Origin: an uncultured Candidatus Saccharibacteria bacterium
GTDB taxonomy: Bacteria > Patescibacteriota > SICC01 > CAYSOT01
Direction of reading: 5' to 3'
Assembly (NCBI GenBank): GCA_964432765.1
Contig: CAYSOT010000001.1
Coordinates: 66,096 to 130,095 of the forward strand
DNA: 64,000 nucleotides
Below the pieces are notes generated by a model. That model made no database searches and had not been told where the DNA came from. It saw only the letters and a list, made by a program, of their open reading frames with translations. The translations under genes were made by a program, and so were the position numbers. Positions 26,650-35,877 of this stretch are shown one piece after another. Within the stretch, counting starts at the first letter, position 1. Each line of letters begins with the position of its first letter.

Positions 26650-26879
26650 GCTATTGTCTCGTTTATACGCCCGAGCATCTCGTCTACTTCAACTTCTGTC
26701 ATTCCGTGGATCCTCGCGCCCATCTCGACCGTATCAAACTGATTAGCAAAACAGCCGACACAGTGAAGTCCATACTCGAGCATGACTGCTGCAGCCTGAG
26801 GATACGATTTTGCAATGTCGCCAAGATTGCTGTCACGCGTTACGGTAGTGGCTTTGGACATACCAGTAGAATACGCCAT
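26646..26879 (-). CDS. DUF1858-type small redox protein (hybrid-cluster-protein-associated family)
   Basis: The 77 aa protein has LGDIAKSYPQAAAVMLEYGLHCVGCFANQFDTVEMGARIHGMTEVEVDEML, the typical DUF1858 CxGC motif and length. Confidence 0.55.
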   Translation of the reverse strand: MAYSTGMSKATTVTRDSNLGDIAKSYPQAAAVMLEYGLHCVGCFANQFDTVEMGARIHGMTEVEVDEMLGRINETIA

Positions 26880-26884
26880 GCAGC

Positions 26885-27343
26885 TTATTTGGACGAGTCC
26901 AGAGATTGCTCCTGCTTACGCGGATGCGCCAATCTAGCGGCCGCTTCAATGGTCCAGCAGAGATAGAGCTCCGTCCTGTTCTGTTCAGTTATGGCAGTGG
27001 CAAATGGAGTAAATACTCCCGACGGATCACCTGTACTATCATGGCGTTCAATTACCACCCCGTCTGGACGTATTACGACCTCGCTGACACCAGCGGCATG
27101 GTGCTGGCATGCTGTACGTCTGAACGAGAGGTTTGCGCTATAGCTAACGTATTCTTGGCCTGCGTGCTGATAGCGCCGCACGTCATGTTGGACGGTCAGA
27201 AAAAGCGTATCCTCGACGGGTATTTCCGTCTGGGGCGGTATTTGCTCAGCAAATGTACAAATTGCAGACGTCCATTCATCATCTACACGCAAAATGACGC
27301 CTTCAGGTGCTTTCTCTGCGGGCTGTTTGGCTTCTTTGTCCAT
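26885..27343 (-). CDS. Hypothetical protein (152 aa) in the suf/ferredoxin operon
   Basis: The ORF is compact and joined in an operon with its neighbours. No motif is recognised. Confidence 0.4.
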   Translation of the reverse strand: MDKEAKQPAEKAPEGVILRVDDEWTSAICTFAEQIPPQTEIPVEDTLFLTVQHDVRRYQHAGQEYVSYSANLSFRRTACQHHAAGVSEVVIRPDGVVIERHDSTGDPSGVFTPFATAITEQNRTELYLCWTIEAAARLAHPRKQEQSLDSSK

Positions 27344-27349
27344 AGCTGC

Positions 27350-27730
27350 CTACTCTAGCTTCTTGAGTGCTGCTTGAAAAGCACCTCGGGCGAGCCCAGC
27401 GCACTTTACTCTGGCACCAGTGATATCAATGCCCAGTTCATCGGACAAAGGAATATTTTCATTGCTCAGAGCTTCGGCAACGCTTTTGCCAAGAACGCGC
27501 TCCATGAGGATTGATGCAGAAGCGATTGAAATCGCACATCCTGCTCCGTCAAAGCGAATATCGCTAATGACTCCATTTTCTATCTGGATATCAATCGTTA
27601 AGCTATCCCCGCACACCGGGTTGTGGGCAGTATGCGAAATTGTTGGATTTTTGAGGGTCCCCCGGTTGCGAGGATTTCGGTAATGGTCGAGGATGTGCTC
27701 TCGATACAAATCCACTAGACAACTTTCCAC
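27350..27730 (-). CDS. sufU: Fe-S cluster assembly scaffold/sulfur-transfer protein SufU (NifU N-terminal-like)
   Basis: The N-terminus is HYRNPRNRGTL. The three conserved Cys lie in NPVCGDS, GAGCAIS and RVKCAGL. Confidence 0.85.
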   Translation of the reverse strand: MESCLVDLYREHILDHYRNPRNRGTLKNPTISHTAHNPVCGDSLTIDIQIENGVISDIRFDGAGCAISIASASILMERVLGKSVAEALSNENIPLSDELGIDITGARVKCAGLARGAFQAALKKLE

Positions 27731-28323
27731 GAATCGCCGTGGACGATAACGGCATGCTCATTGCTTAGCCCGATGATGTCTTGTCGTTTTTCCCGTTTCA
27801 ATATCTCACTAGTCTGAGGCTCAAATCGCGGATCGTTCAGATGCGGAACAATATCTACTGGACACCATCCAAGACCCTTCGTGTCGGCCAGTGTCGGTGC
27901 GACAGCGGCTTCGTCTATGGCATCAATATAGGCAATATCCCGACAGGCAATAATTGAACCGGCCGACGAGCCAATGTAGAGATTTCCTTGTTCAACATAT
28001 GCGTTCAACACATCTTCGATGTTACTTTTCTTGATTTGGTCGAGAAGGTAGTAGGTGTTTCCTCCAGCCACAAACAATACATCTGCTTTCGAAAGCGCCT
28101 TGGCGGTATCTTCAGAGTTAGTGTCGGCAAAATCATAGATATCTATCTGGAAACCAAAGGACCGAAGCGCCTGAAACGAGCCGCTCATTTCCACCGGGTC
28201 GCTCTCGAGATTCTTCGCGGTTTTCACATACAGTAGCCGCAGCGATTCCGGACTACGGGGCAGGACTTCATAGAGCTTTTGAAGCGACTGGTCGATTTGA
28301 GAAGCAAGAAAGAGAGTTTTCAT
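27715..28323 (-). CDS. Peptidase S51 family (dipeptidase E / cyanophycinase-like), copy 1
   Basis: VLFVAGGNTYYLLDQ and IGSSAGSIIA fit the S51 Ser nucleophile motif, and a His lies near the C-terminus. Confidence 0.7.
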   Translation of the reverse strand: MKTLFLASQIDQSLQKLYEVLPRSPESLRLLYVKTAKNLESDPVEMSGSFQALRSFGFQIDIYDFADTNSEDTAKALSKADVLFVAGGNTYYLLDQIKKSNIEDVLNAYVEQGNLYIGSSAGSIIACRDIAYIDAIDEAAVAPTLADTKGLGWCPVDIVPHLNDPRFEPQTSEILKREKRQDIIGLSNEHAVIVHGDSWKVV

Positions 28324-28943
28324 CAGAGAATTGTTACTTGTCCATCCTTAACGCAGATGGCTTGCTCATCGCGTATCGGTTGAAGACGGTGGGCAGTATA
28401 TCCGCTTTCAAGAACTTCTTTGGCCTGAGCAGCCCAGAGGTCACTGTTAACATGGGGAACCGGAATAAAATCAAGAAGTCCTATCCCTTTGGTGTCGGTG
28501 ATGTTGGCGAGAGATGGATCATCCATTGGCTCTATCGGACCAATGTCTGGACCGAGCACAATTGCCCCGGCTGACGAACCAACAATTGTGAGGTTTCTCT
28601 TGATTGTGTGCAGATAGGTATCGAATCCGCTTTCCCGAACTGCTTGCAGCAAGTAGTAAGCACTACCGCCGCCAATATGAATTACCTCCGCCTCATCAAG
28701 CATTTTCTTTAGTGATTCTGGTGATTGTTGAACGAGCCAACACAATTCAATCTTGAAATGCTTCTCGTACATGTGACGGTCCTCGTCTTGGTCGTAGGTA
28801 TATCCAAGCGGCGTTGCAGCATCGGGTACCATATGGACCACACCTTTCTTTGCCGCGCTCTTCAGTTCAGGCAAAAATTTGCGCAGACTTAGTGCGGTTT
28901 GAGAGCAGAGATAGTATGTCGTTTTAGCCATGAAAGGTTTCAA
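28323..28943 (-). CDS. Peptidase S51 family, copy 2 (tandem paralog)
   Basis: VIHIGGGSAYYLLQA and VGSSAGAIVL give the same architecture as the adjacent gene. The two genes abut at 28323. Confidence 0.7.
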   Translation of the reverse strand: MKPFMAKTTYYLCSQTALSLRKFLPELKSAAKKGVVHMVPDAATPLGYTYDQDEDRHMYEKHFKIELCWLVQQSPESLKKMLDEAEVIHIGGGSAYYLLQAVRESGFDTYLHTIKRNLTIVGSSAGAIVLGPDIGPIEPMDDPSLANITDTKGIGLLDFIPVPHVNSDLWAAQAKEVLESGYTAHRLQPIRDEQAICVKDGQVTIL

Positions 28944-30129
28944 GAGCAGTCTTTAGTGCTTGATGTGCTTGCTCAATATCTTCCTTTGTATTGTAAACCG
29001 CCAGCGAGATTCGTGCGCTAGCGGGAATTCCAAGACGAGTATGTAGCGGCTCGGCACAGTGATGTCCCGACCTGATTGCAACACCCTGCTGATCAAATAT
29101 CGTCGCTAAATCGTGAGGATGGATACCGTCGACCACAAACGAGACTACTCCGACACGCTCCGCTGAACCAAGAACCGAAACGCGCTTTTCGGTGCTGAGC
29201 ATCTCAAGAAGCTCTCTGGTCAGCATCTGTTCATGGTCGCTAATCGTCTTCAGCCCGATCTTTTCGATAAACTCGAAAGCTGCCTGCATACCAATCGCTT
29301 CTGCCACAGGCATTGTCCCAGCCTCAAATCGATACGGCGGATCGGCATACGTTGCGTGCCCAAGCTCAACTGAACGAATCATCTCTCCTCCGCCATAGAC
29401 TGGCGGGAGTTCGGCTAGTAGTTCAGGTTTTACCCATAAAGCTCCGACACCGAAGGGCCCGTAAGCTTTGTGCCCTGAAAAGGCATACGCGTCGACCCCA
29501 AGATCCCGAACGTCAACGGCGAGTCTGCCGACGGCCTGAGCACCGTCGACAATCATGTGAGTATTAGCATCTTTTGCCATGCGTGAAAGTTTTTTGATTG
29601 GATTTATACATCCAAGCACATTCGAAACATGGCAGCAGGCAAAAACCGATGCGCCTTCGAGTTTCCGCTCAACATCTTCGAGATCTAGCGATCCATCGTC
29701 GGCAATGGAGGCAAAACGTAGTTGTATGCCTTTCTCTTCCGCTAACAGATACCACGGAATGAGGTTCGCGTGATGCTCCATCTCTGTCAGCAAAACTGTG
29801 TCACCTTGTCGCAGGTACTTTTTTGCATATGACAAAACGAATTGATTGAGGCTTTCAGTAGTGCCCCGCGTAAATACAACTTCCTCACTGGATGCGCCTA
29901 TAAAACTCGCGACCTTCCTGCGCGCATTCTCAAATGCATTCGTAGCAGCCTCCGAAAGACTGTGTACACCCCGATGCGGATTCGCGTTTGAGTTGCGATA
30001 AAAATAATCCATTGCATCCAAAACGTGCTGCGGTCGCTGGGTTGTGGCAGCGTTATCAAGGTATGAAAGCCTGGTTGTGCTTGCCTTAGCAAAAATCGGA
30101 AATTGCGCGATGATCTTGTTTTCGTCCAT
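28924..30129 (-). CDS. sufS: Cysteine desulfurase SufS (class V aminotransferase)
   Basis: Pyridoxal-phosphate Lys region: FSGHKAYGPFGVGAL. Catalytic Cys: RSGHHCAEPL. The protein is 401 aa. Confidence 0.9.
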   Translation of the reverse strand: MDENKIIAQFPIFAKASTTRLSYLDNAATTQRPQHVLDAMDYFYRNSNANPHRGVHSLSEAATNAFENARRKVASFIGASSEEVVFTRGTTESLNQFVLSYAKKYLRQGDTVLLTEMEHHANLIPWYLLAEEKGIQLRFASIADDGSLDLEDVERKLEGASVFACCHVSNVLGCINPIKKLSRMAKDANTHMIVDGAQAVGRLAVDVRDLGVDAYAFSGHKAYGPFGVGALWVKPELLAELPPVYGGGEMIRSVELGHATYADPPYRFEAGTMPVAEAIGMQAAFEFIEKIGLKTISDHEQMLTRELLEMLSTEKRVSVLGSAERVGVVSFVVDGIHPHDLATIFDQQGVAIRSGHHCAEPLHTRLGIPASARISLAVYNTKEDIEQAHQALKTALETFHG

Positions 30130-30145
30130 AGTGCCAGTCTACCGA

Positions 30146-31381
30146 CTAACCCTTCTGCTTAGCGAGCTGGCTGCCAGATAATCGTTCGGTTATTTCTGAG
30201 AGAAATGATTCCCGCACACTTTTACTTGGAATGTTTTGAATCAGATCGGTAAAGAAGCCTTCGACAATCAGGCTCTTTGCGGCTTCTTCCGGCAAACCCC
30301 TGCTCATGAGGTAAAAGAGCGCCTGTTCATCTATTTGCCCCACAGTAGCCCCATGTCCCGCCGTCACATCATCGGCATCAATCTCGAGACCAGGAATTAA
30401 GTCGGCATGGGCGGTGTCTGACAAAAGCATGGCATGACCATTTTGATCTGCACTCGTTCCATGTGCACCTGGCTGGATCTTGATCATTCCCCGATAGACT
30501 GCGCGCGCAGTTTCGTCGACTACTCCGCGTGCGTACGTTTCGGATGTAGCGTGACCCGAAACATGGTTTGCCTCAAGCGTGAAATCAAAGTGCTGACTAC
30601 TGCTTCCAAAGAACGTAGAGCGGACGTTCGACTGTGCGCCTTCGCCAATAAGCTTTGATTCAACATGAATCTGGGATTTGCCAGATCCAAACGTTCCAAT
30701 CATCCAATCAAGTGATGCGTCACGTGCGATGGCTGCCTGGTAGACCGCCAAATTTATGACTGATTCTGGCCAAGCTTGTTTTGCGGTATAGGAGACTCGT
30801 GACTCGTCGTGTGCATAGACTTCCACGCCATGCAGAGCAATAGAGTCTTCACCCATATCGGAAGCAGTAGTTGTTGAATCATAGATATCAGCTACTGCAC
30901 CCTCTCCCACAATAAAAAGACTTCGCCACACATTAAGTGCGCCGGTTTTGGCGCTAAATCGTGTCTCTACTCTGAGTTTTGTCCGTGGTGGTACCACGAC
31001 GACAATCCCGTCTCGAAAAAAAGCACCTGAAAGAGCCGAGAAAAGATGGTCTTCGGCAGGTAGGGCATCACCGAGCATTGAGGCAGCAACGTGCTCTGGC
31101 CAATCATGAATGGCCTTGGACAGCGGTATGGCGATTGGCTTCAGACCGGTGCCGCAATCATCTGCTTCAAACGCAATCTCGGGTGTATCACCAGCGAGCG
31201 GCAAAGAGCTAAGTAAATCAGCAAGTCCGTATCGTTCCCAGCTGAAATACTTCTTGTCGGATGGAATAGCTAGCTTAGGGGCAATGTTTCGTGCCAAACG
31301 CCGTTTAGTTGCAATCGATTTCGGCTCTGCGGGAACGTACTTTGGCAGCCGTAGGTTGGGCTGTGTGCTTGTCTTATCCAA
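30146..31381 (-). CDS. sufD: Fe-S cluster assembly protein SufD
   Basis: It has the SufB/D family C-terminus (ADLIPGLEIDADDVTAGHGATVGQIDEQALFYLMSRGL) but lacks the sufB-specific N-terminus. Its position after sufB also supports the call. Confidence 0.8.
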   Translation of the reverse strand: MDKTSTQPNLRLPKYVPAEPKSIATKRRLARNIAPKLAIPSDKKYFSWERYGLADLLSSLPLAGDTPEIAFEADDCGTGLKPIAIPLSKAIHDWPEHVAASMLGDALPAEDHLFSALSGAFFRDGIVVVVPPRTKLRVETRFSAKTGALNVWRSLFIVGEGAVADIYDSTTTASDMGEDSIALHGVEVYAHDESRVSYTAKQAWPESVINLAVYQAAIARDASLDWMIGTFGSGKSQIHVESKLIGEGAQSNVRSTFFGSSSQHFDFTLEANHVSGHATSETYARGVVDETARAVYRGMIKIQPGAHGTSADQNGHAMLLSDTAHADLIPGLEIDADDVTAGHGATVGQIDEQALFYLMSRGLPEEAAKSLIVEGFFTDLIQNIPSKSVRESFLSEITERLSGSQLAKQKG

Positions 31382-32783
31382 CGCTTCCCTCCATCTCGAG
31401 TTGGATTAATCGATTTAGCTCTACGGCATACTCAAGCGGTAGTTCCTTGACGACTGGTTCAAGAAATCCTGAAACAATCATCGAGATTGCTTCTTCTTCG
31501 GTCAGGCCACGACTCATCAGGTAGAAAAGTTGCTCCTGGCCAATTCTCCCCACAGTTGCTTCGTGAGCAACGGTTACTTTGTCTTCAGATATTTCGATAT
31601 GCGGCAACGTGTCGGACACACTCCGCTCGTCCATAATCAGCGCATCACATTGAATATTTGCCGTGGCTCGCTCTGCTCCTTTTACAATCTTCAATAGCCC
31701 CCGATAGGCACCGCGTCCGCCATCTTTTGAAATCGACTTGGCAACAACTCGTGATTTCGTATCGGGAGCACCATGAATGACTTTGGCTCCGGTATCCTTG
31801 TCGACCTTTCCGACGGCCAAGGCAATATTGAGATGCTCGCAAGACGCCCCTCGTCCTACTAGCCACGAGGCCGGGTACAGCATAGTTGTTCCACTACCGA
31901 GACTTCCTCCGACCCACTCATGGTGCGCATCCTGCTGGATTATGGCTCGCTTAGTGTTGAGGTTATAGACATTCTTTGACCAGTTCTGAACCGTTGTGTA
32001 GCGTGACCGTGCACCCTGCCCAACAAAGATTTCAACAACCGCGGAGTGGAGTGAAGCGCTCGAATAAAGAGGGGCTGTGCATCCTTCGATGTAATGAACT
32101 TCGGCTCCCTCTTCAACAATAATTAGGGTGTGCTCAAACTGACCTTGGCCAGATGCGTTCATACGGAAGTATGTCTGCAATGGCATTTCCACTTTCACCC
32201 CTGCCGGTACATACAAGAACGAACCGCCCGACCAAACTGCGCCGTGCAATGCTGAAAACTTATTATCGTGTCGCGGCACGCATTTGGTCATGAAGTACTG
32301 GCGCACGAGCTCTTCGTGTTCCTTTAGAGCCGTATCCATGTCGCAGAAAATAACACCTTGTTTTTCCCATGGTCGTTGAAGCGATTTATAGACGGTTTCA
32401 GAATCATACATCGCAACAACACCAGCGAGCATTTTTTGCTCAGCTTCCGGAATCTTAAGCTTGTTAAAAGTTTCCTTCATTTCTGCAGGCAAATCGTCCC
32501 ATGATGGTTTGATCTCGTCAGTTGGGCGAATGTAGTAGGTGAGCGCATCGAAATCGATACCTGATAGATCGGGGCCCCAGGTCGGTACTGGTTTTGATTC
32601 AAAGATTTCGAAGGATTTAAGCCGGAACTGGCGCATCCATTCGGGCTCGCCCTTTTGGTATGAGATGTCTTCGACAACTCCGCGTGTGAGTCCGGGTTTT
32701 GATCGATAAACAGACCTATCGGGATCTTGATGACGGAACCTATCGAGACCGGCTGTAACCCCCCGAACAACCGAGTCACTCAT
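31374..32783 (-). CDS. sufB: Fe-S cluster assembly protein SufB
   Basis: The 469 aa protein has GGSFLYVPAGV and ISEDKVTVAHEATVGRIGQEQLFYLMSRGLTEEEA. Confidence 0.9.
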   Translation of the reverse strand: MSDSVVRGVTAGLDRFRHQDPDRSVYRSKPGLTRGVVEDISYQKGEPEWMRQFRLKSFEIFESKPVPTWGPDLSGIDFDALTYYIRPTDEIKPSWDDLPAEMKETFNKLKIPEAEQKMLAGVVAMYDSETVYKSLQRPWEKQGVIFCDMDTALKEHEELVRQYFMTKCVPRHDNKFSALHGAVWSGGSFLYVPAGVKVEMPLQTYFRMNASGQGQFEHTLIIVEEGAEVHYIEGCTAPLYSSASLHSAVVEIFVGQGARSRYTTVQNWSKNVYNLNTKRAIIQQDAHHEWVGGSLGSGTTMLYPASWLVGRGASCEHLNIALAVGKVDKDTGAKVIHGAPDTKSRVVAKSISKDGGRGAYRGLLKIVKGAERATANIQCDALIMDERSVSDTLPHIEISEDKVTVAHEATVGRIGQEQLFYLMSRGLTEEEAISMIVSGFLEPVVKELPLEYAVELNRLIQLEMEGSVG

Positions 32784-33570
32784 CGAGGGGTTCCTGGTCC
32801 TTTCGGCGAATCAAGCGGATCGAGTTCTGAGTTGGGTCTTCTTCAGAATGGTCTTCATCAATCAGGTTGAGCAGACCTTCCGGAAAATCGACCCCGGCAC
32901 CGATGTGTTTGAGAATACCAATTTCAGTTTCGATATCGGGAATTCCAAGCCAGTCTGCATCCTGATACTCGAGCCGAAGTTGGGGTTCTCGAAGCTCTCG
33001 GGGCAAAAGGTCTTCCTGATCTGGCTGGTCCGGGTGCACCACTTCAATTGACGGAGCATTTGGCACAGCACCAATAAACTCATGGATGATTGCCGCAGCC
33101 GCCCCGGGATTTTGGCAGGCTTCTCTGGTCAACCAAATACGCCAGTCTGCGGCTGTGTCTGGCTCGTCTTGCCAGGCTTCATCAATCGGATCTTCAACCT
33201 CAACTGACGATACTGCTTCCATTGCCTCTTGGAGAGCATCGCCTCCGTCAACATCGGGCGTATCCATTACCATCCGCGTAACGCTCACCGTATAGGGAGT
33301 ATCGTCATGCGATGCGAGAAAACCAAATTCTCCCCGATCAATATGTCTTAGAAATGAGTCTACGGCTGCATCGCCTCCAAGCTCTGGGTGAAGCTCGCCA
33401 AAATCAACAACCCCATCTCCGTATAGTGGTTCATCGGAGACTATTCGCTCAGCTAAAGATACGTGGACATCATCAAGCTCATCAGGATTAAATGAGACTT
33501 CCTCTTCCTCCGAAGCTGGGAAAAATAGCAGCTCTGCGCGAAAATAATTCTCTTCGCGTTCGGGCATCAC
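32776..33570 (-). CDS. Highly acidic hypothetical protein (264 aa) embedded between sufC and sufB
   Basis: It is rich in Asp/Glu ([10 protein letters not shown]...EEEEVSFNPDELDD...) and has no recognisable domain. An 8-nt overlap with sufB and a 4-nt overlap with the upstream gene imply co-translation. Confidence 0.45.
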   Translation of the reverse strand: MMPEREENYFRAELLFFPASEEEEVSFNPDELDDVHVSLAERIVSDEPLYGDGVVDFGELHPELGGDAAVDSFLRHIDRGEFGFLASHDDTPYTVSVTRMVMDTPDVDGGDALQEAMEAVSSVEVEDPIDEAWQDEPDTAADWRIWLTREACQNPGAAAAIIHEFIGAVPNAPSIEVVHPDQPDQEDLLPRELREPQLRLEYQDADWLGIPDIETEIGILKHIGAGVDFPEGLLNLIDEDHSEEDPTQNSIRLIRRKDQEPLDE

Positions 33571-34025
33571 GAATCACATGGGTTATGCGGATAGGGTGTA
33601 CCGTGCCAGCCTGGCCGGCGAGGATGGTAGGGATATTTCCCGGGATCAAGCGATTCGCGTCGACGCTCCTCTTCGGGTGAAATGATTCGCTCCTCATTCT
33701 CCTGCAGAGTCTGAAACACGGCCTCATCTAAAATGGCTTGCCGGTTGAGATAGTACTCTTCTGCGTAGGCTCCATCTAGACCGGTTGGTGGGAGTGTATC
33801 TAGCGAATCAGCCGAAGGGAAATCATCCAGCGAACACCCTTCGCTACCCCGCGTTCTGGTGCTCGGTAAGTGCGTTGCCATAATTAGCCCGAGCATAGTC
33901 TGGTAATCCTCGGCAGTGCGCAGTGCTGTCGGTTTGGCCAGCTCAAATTCAAACGGCGCTTCTTTTAGTTGTTCTATTATCCGCTCAATATCGCCTGGTT
34001 GGTTTCGCTCTACTTCTTTAGCCAT
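33567..34025 (-). CDS. Hypothetical protein (152 aa) embedded between sufC and sufB
   Basis: It overlaps sufC by 16 nt and has a Pro/Tyr/His-rich C-terminus ([23 protein letters not shown]). Nothing in it is recognisable. Confidence 0.45.
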   Translation of the reverse strand: MAKEVERNQPGDIERIIEQLKEAPFEFELAKPTALRTAEDYQTMLGLIMATHLPSTRTRGSEGCSLDDFPSADSLDTLPPTGLDGAYAEEYYLNRQAILDEAVFQTLQENEERIISPEEERRRESLDPGKYPYHPRRPGWHGTPYPHNPCDS

Positions 34026-34798
34026 GCGTATCCTTTTTGTTCAAGTTCGGCGACTAGTTCTGGTGGTCCAGTCTCGATAATCTTGCCTTCAGCCATGACA
34101 TGAACAATATCAGGCTTAACGTAATTAAGAATCCGCTGATAGTGCGTTATCAACAGAATGGACATCTCTGGACTGTCTTTTTTCAAAGCGTTGATTCCTT
34201 TAGCCACAATCTGCAGCGCATCAATGTCGAGTCCCGAATCAGTTTCGTCGAGTATCGCGAGCTTGGGTTGCAATAGAGCCATCTGCAGCATTTCAGCCCG
34301 TTTTTTTTCACCGCCGGAGAAGCCTTCGTTTAGGTAGCGATCGCTAAAGTCTTCGGACATTTCGAGCAGACTCATTTTCTCTTTTAAAACCCTGCGGAAT
34401 TCTAAGACGGTTAGTGGCGTCTCGCCACGTGCTTCACGAACCGCATTCACAGCTTGGCGAAGAAAATGCGCAACAGACACACCGGCAATTTCTTGCGGAT
34501 ACTGAAATGCCAAAAATACGCCTGCTTTTGCACGCTCATCTGGCGAAAGCTTAAATAGTGAATTGCCGTTAAAGACAGCATCACCTTGTGTCACTTCGTA
34601 CTTTGGGTGACCCATCAAGACTGAGGACAGCGTCGACTTGCCTGAACCATTTGGCCCCATCAAGGCATGCACTTTGCCGGCAACAACGTCGAGATCGACC
34701 CCCTTGAGTATTTCAGTCTCTTCGACCCGCGCGTGTAGGTTCTTTATGCGCAGTATACTCATGTGCACATCATACCTTGGTATTGACAAATCTCTCAA
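34010..34798 (-). CDS. sufC: Fe-S cluster assembly ATPase SufC
   Basis: Walker A: [12 protein letters not shown] signature: FSGGEKKR. Walker B: [12 protein letters not shown]. The length of 262 aa is typical of SufC. Confidence 0.95.
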   Translation of the reverse strand: MRDLSIPRYDVHMSILRIKNLHARVEETEILKGVDLDVVAGKVHALMGPNGSGKSTLSSVLMGHPKYEVTQGDAVFNGNSLFKLSPDERAKAGVFLAFQYPQEIAGVSVAHFLRQAVNAVREARGETPLTVLEFRRVLKEKMSLLEMSEDFSDRYLNEGFSGGEKKRAEMLQMALLQPKLAILDETDSGLDIDALQIVAKGINALKKDSPEMSILLITHYQRILNYVKPDIVHVMAEGKIIETGPPELVAELEQKGYAWLKK

Positions 34799-34820
34799 CC
34801 GTGAGCAAAATTGACAAGCT

Positions 34821-35234
34821 ATGGCAATAGAAGGAACGCCAGATTACCCCATCGACGAAGGCCGTCCGGCCCGCAGGCCTGAGGAAATGCGCACTGATCC
34901 GCATGCCGAACGTAACCCAGATGCCGCGCGCGGGATCGCTGTACTAACCCAGCTTAGCGAAGTAGCGAAGGCAAGCCGTGAAGGCGCCCTACACGAAGAA
35001 GAGCGTACAGAAGTGACCCGCAGACTACGGCATTCGCTAGCGGCGCTTGGGATCGTACTGGAGCAAGACTCAGCTCTGATGCGCGAGGTTGTTTTCTCGC
35101 ACTATGGCTTGCACGCAGATGAGCCCCCACGAACATTGGTTGAGATAGCAGAAGCAACAGGGGAAGATCTCGCCTATGTCGGCACGCTTGTCGACCACGG
35201 GGCGACGCTTGTTGGCGCTCATTTCCACGAATAA
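34821..35234 (+). CDS. Hypothetical small protein with possible C-terminal HTH
   Basis: [22 protein letters not shown] resembles a sigma70 region-4-like HTH. The rest is a charged N-terminus. Tentative. Confidence 0.35.
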   Translation: MAIEGTPDYPIDEGRPARRPEEMRTDPHAERNPDAARGIAVLTQLSEVAKASREGALHEEERTEVTRRLRHSLAALGIVLEQDSALMREVVFSHYGLHADEPPRTLVEIAEATGEDLAYVGTLVDHGATLVGAHFHE

Positions 35235-35248
35235 ATACCTTGCAAATA

Positions 35249-35278
35249 AAAACCGCATCTCGTATGAGATGCGGTTTT
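35249..35278. terminator. Bidirectional Rho-independent terminator between convergent genes
   Basis: AAAAACCGCATCTC-gtat-GAGATGCGGTTTTCT is a 10-bp perfect stem flanked by an A-run and a T-run. Confidence 0.8.
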
Positions 35279-35289
35279 CTAGTTCTGAC

Positions 35290-35859
35290 TTAGTACGTGT
35301 ACGTGCTTGTCGTATCGATGGTTGATGCTGCAGCAAATACTCCGAGCGCGATTAGCAAGAAGAAGAATAGCCACATGGCGGCCCCGATGACCGTAACGGC
35401 GATTTCACCGCCGCTGAACTTAGCTTCAGTTGCCTGACCTGCAGACTTCGTGTCCCAGTACTTGTTTAGCTCGCTAATAACAAGCCCCATAATAATGTAG
35501 TTGATGGGGCTTATTAGCATTAGTACCGCATAGAGCACTGCTTGGAAACCTGACGCACCGGCAGAGCGCTGTAGCTTATCGATGTCACGATAGAGCCAGT
35601 AGAGAACAAAGATATTGAGAATTGGTACGAACAAACCTAGTGTCTGCAAACCTGTATTGTCGTTGCTTCCAAGCTCGTTGGTAACTTTCTCTCGTGTCAC
35701 GTAAAACCAATAAATCATATAAAGGCCAAATGAAACGAGCGTGAGCAGCAATACGCGCACAACGCTTCGCTTTACGGCCCAATTGCCACTGGCATTTTGA
35801 ACACTCGGCGCTGGTTGTTCAGCTGGAGTTTCTTGAGTTGGTTGTACTTCGTCTAGCAT
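35290..35859 (-). CDS. DUF4234-like small membrane protein, copy 1
   Basis: The motifs WAVKRSVVRVLLLTLVSFGLYMIYWFY...NDNTGLQTLGLFVPILNIFVLYWLYRDI match those in the adjacent gene, which makes the two a tandem paralog pair. Confidence 0.55.
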   Translation of the reverse strand: MLDEVQPTQETPAEQPAPSVQNASGNWAVKRSVVRVLLLTLVSFGLYMIYWFYVTREKVTNELGSNDNTGLQTLGLFVPILNIFVLYWLYRDIDKLQRSAGASGFQAVLYAVLMLISPINYIIMGLVISELNKYWDTKSAGQATEAKFSGGEIAVTVIGAAMWLFFFLLIALGVFAAASTIDTTSTYTY

Positions 35860-35877
35860 GTTTCTCCTTAGTTGTTA

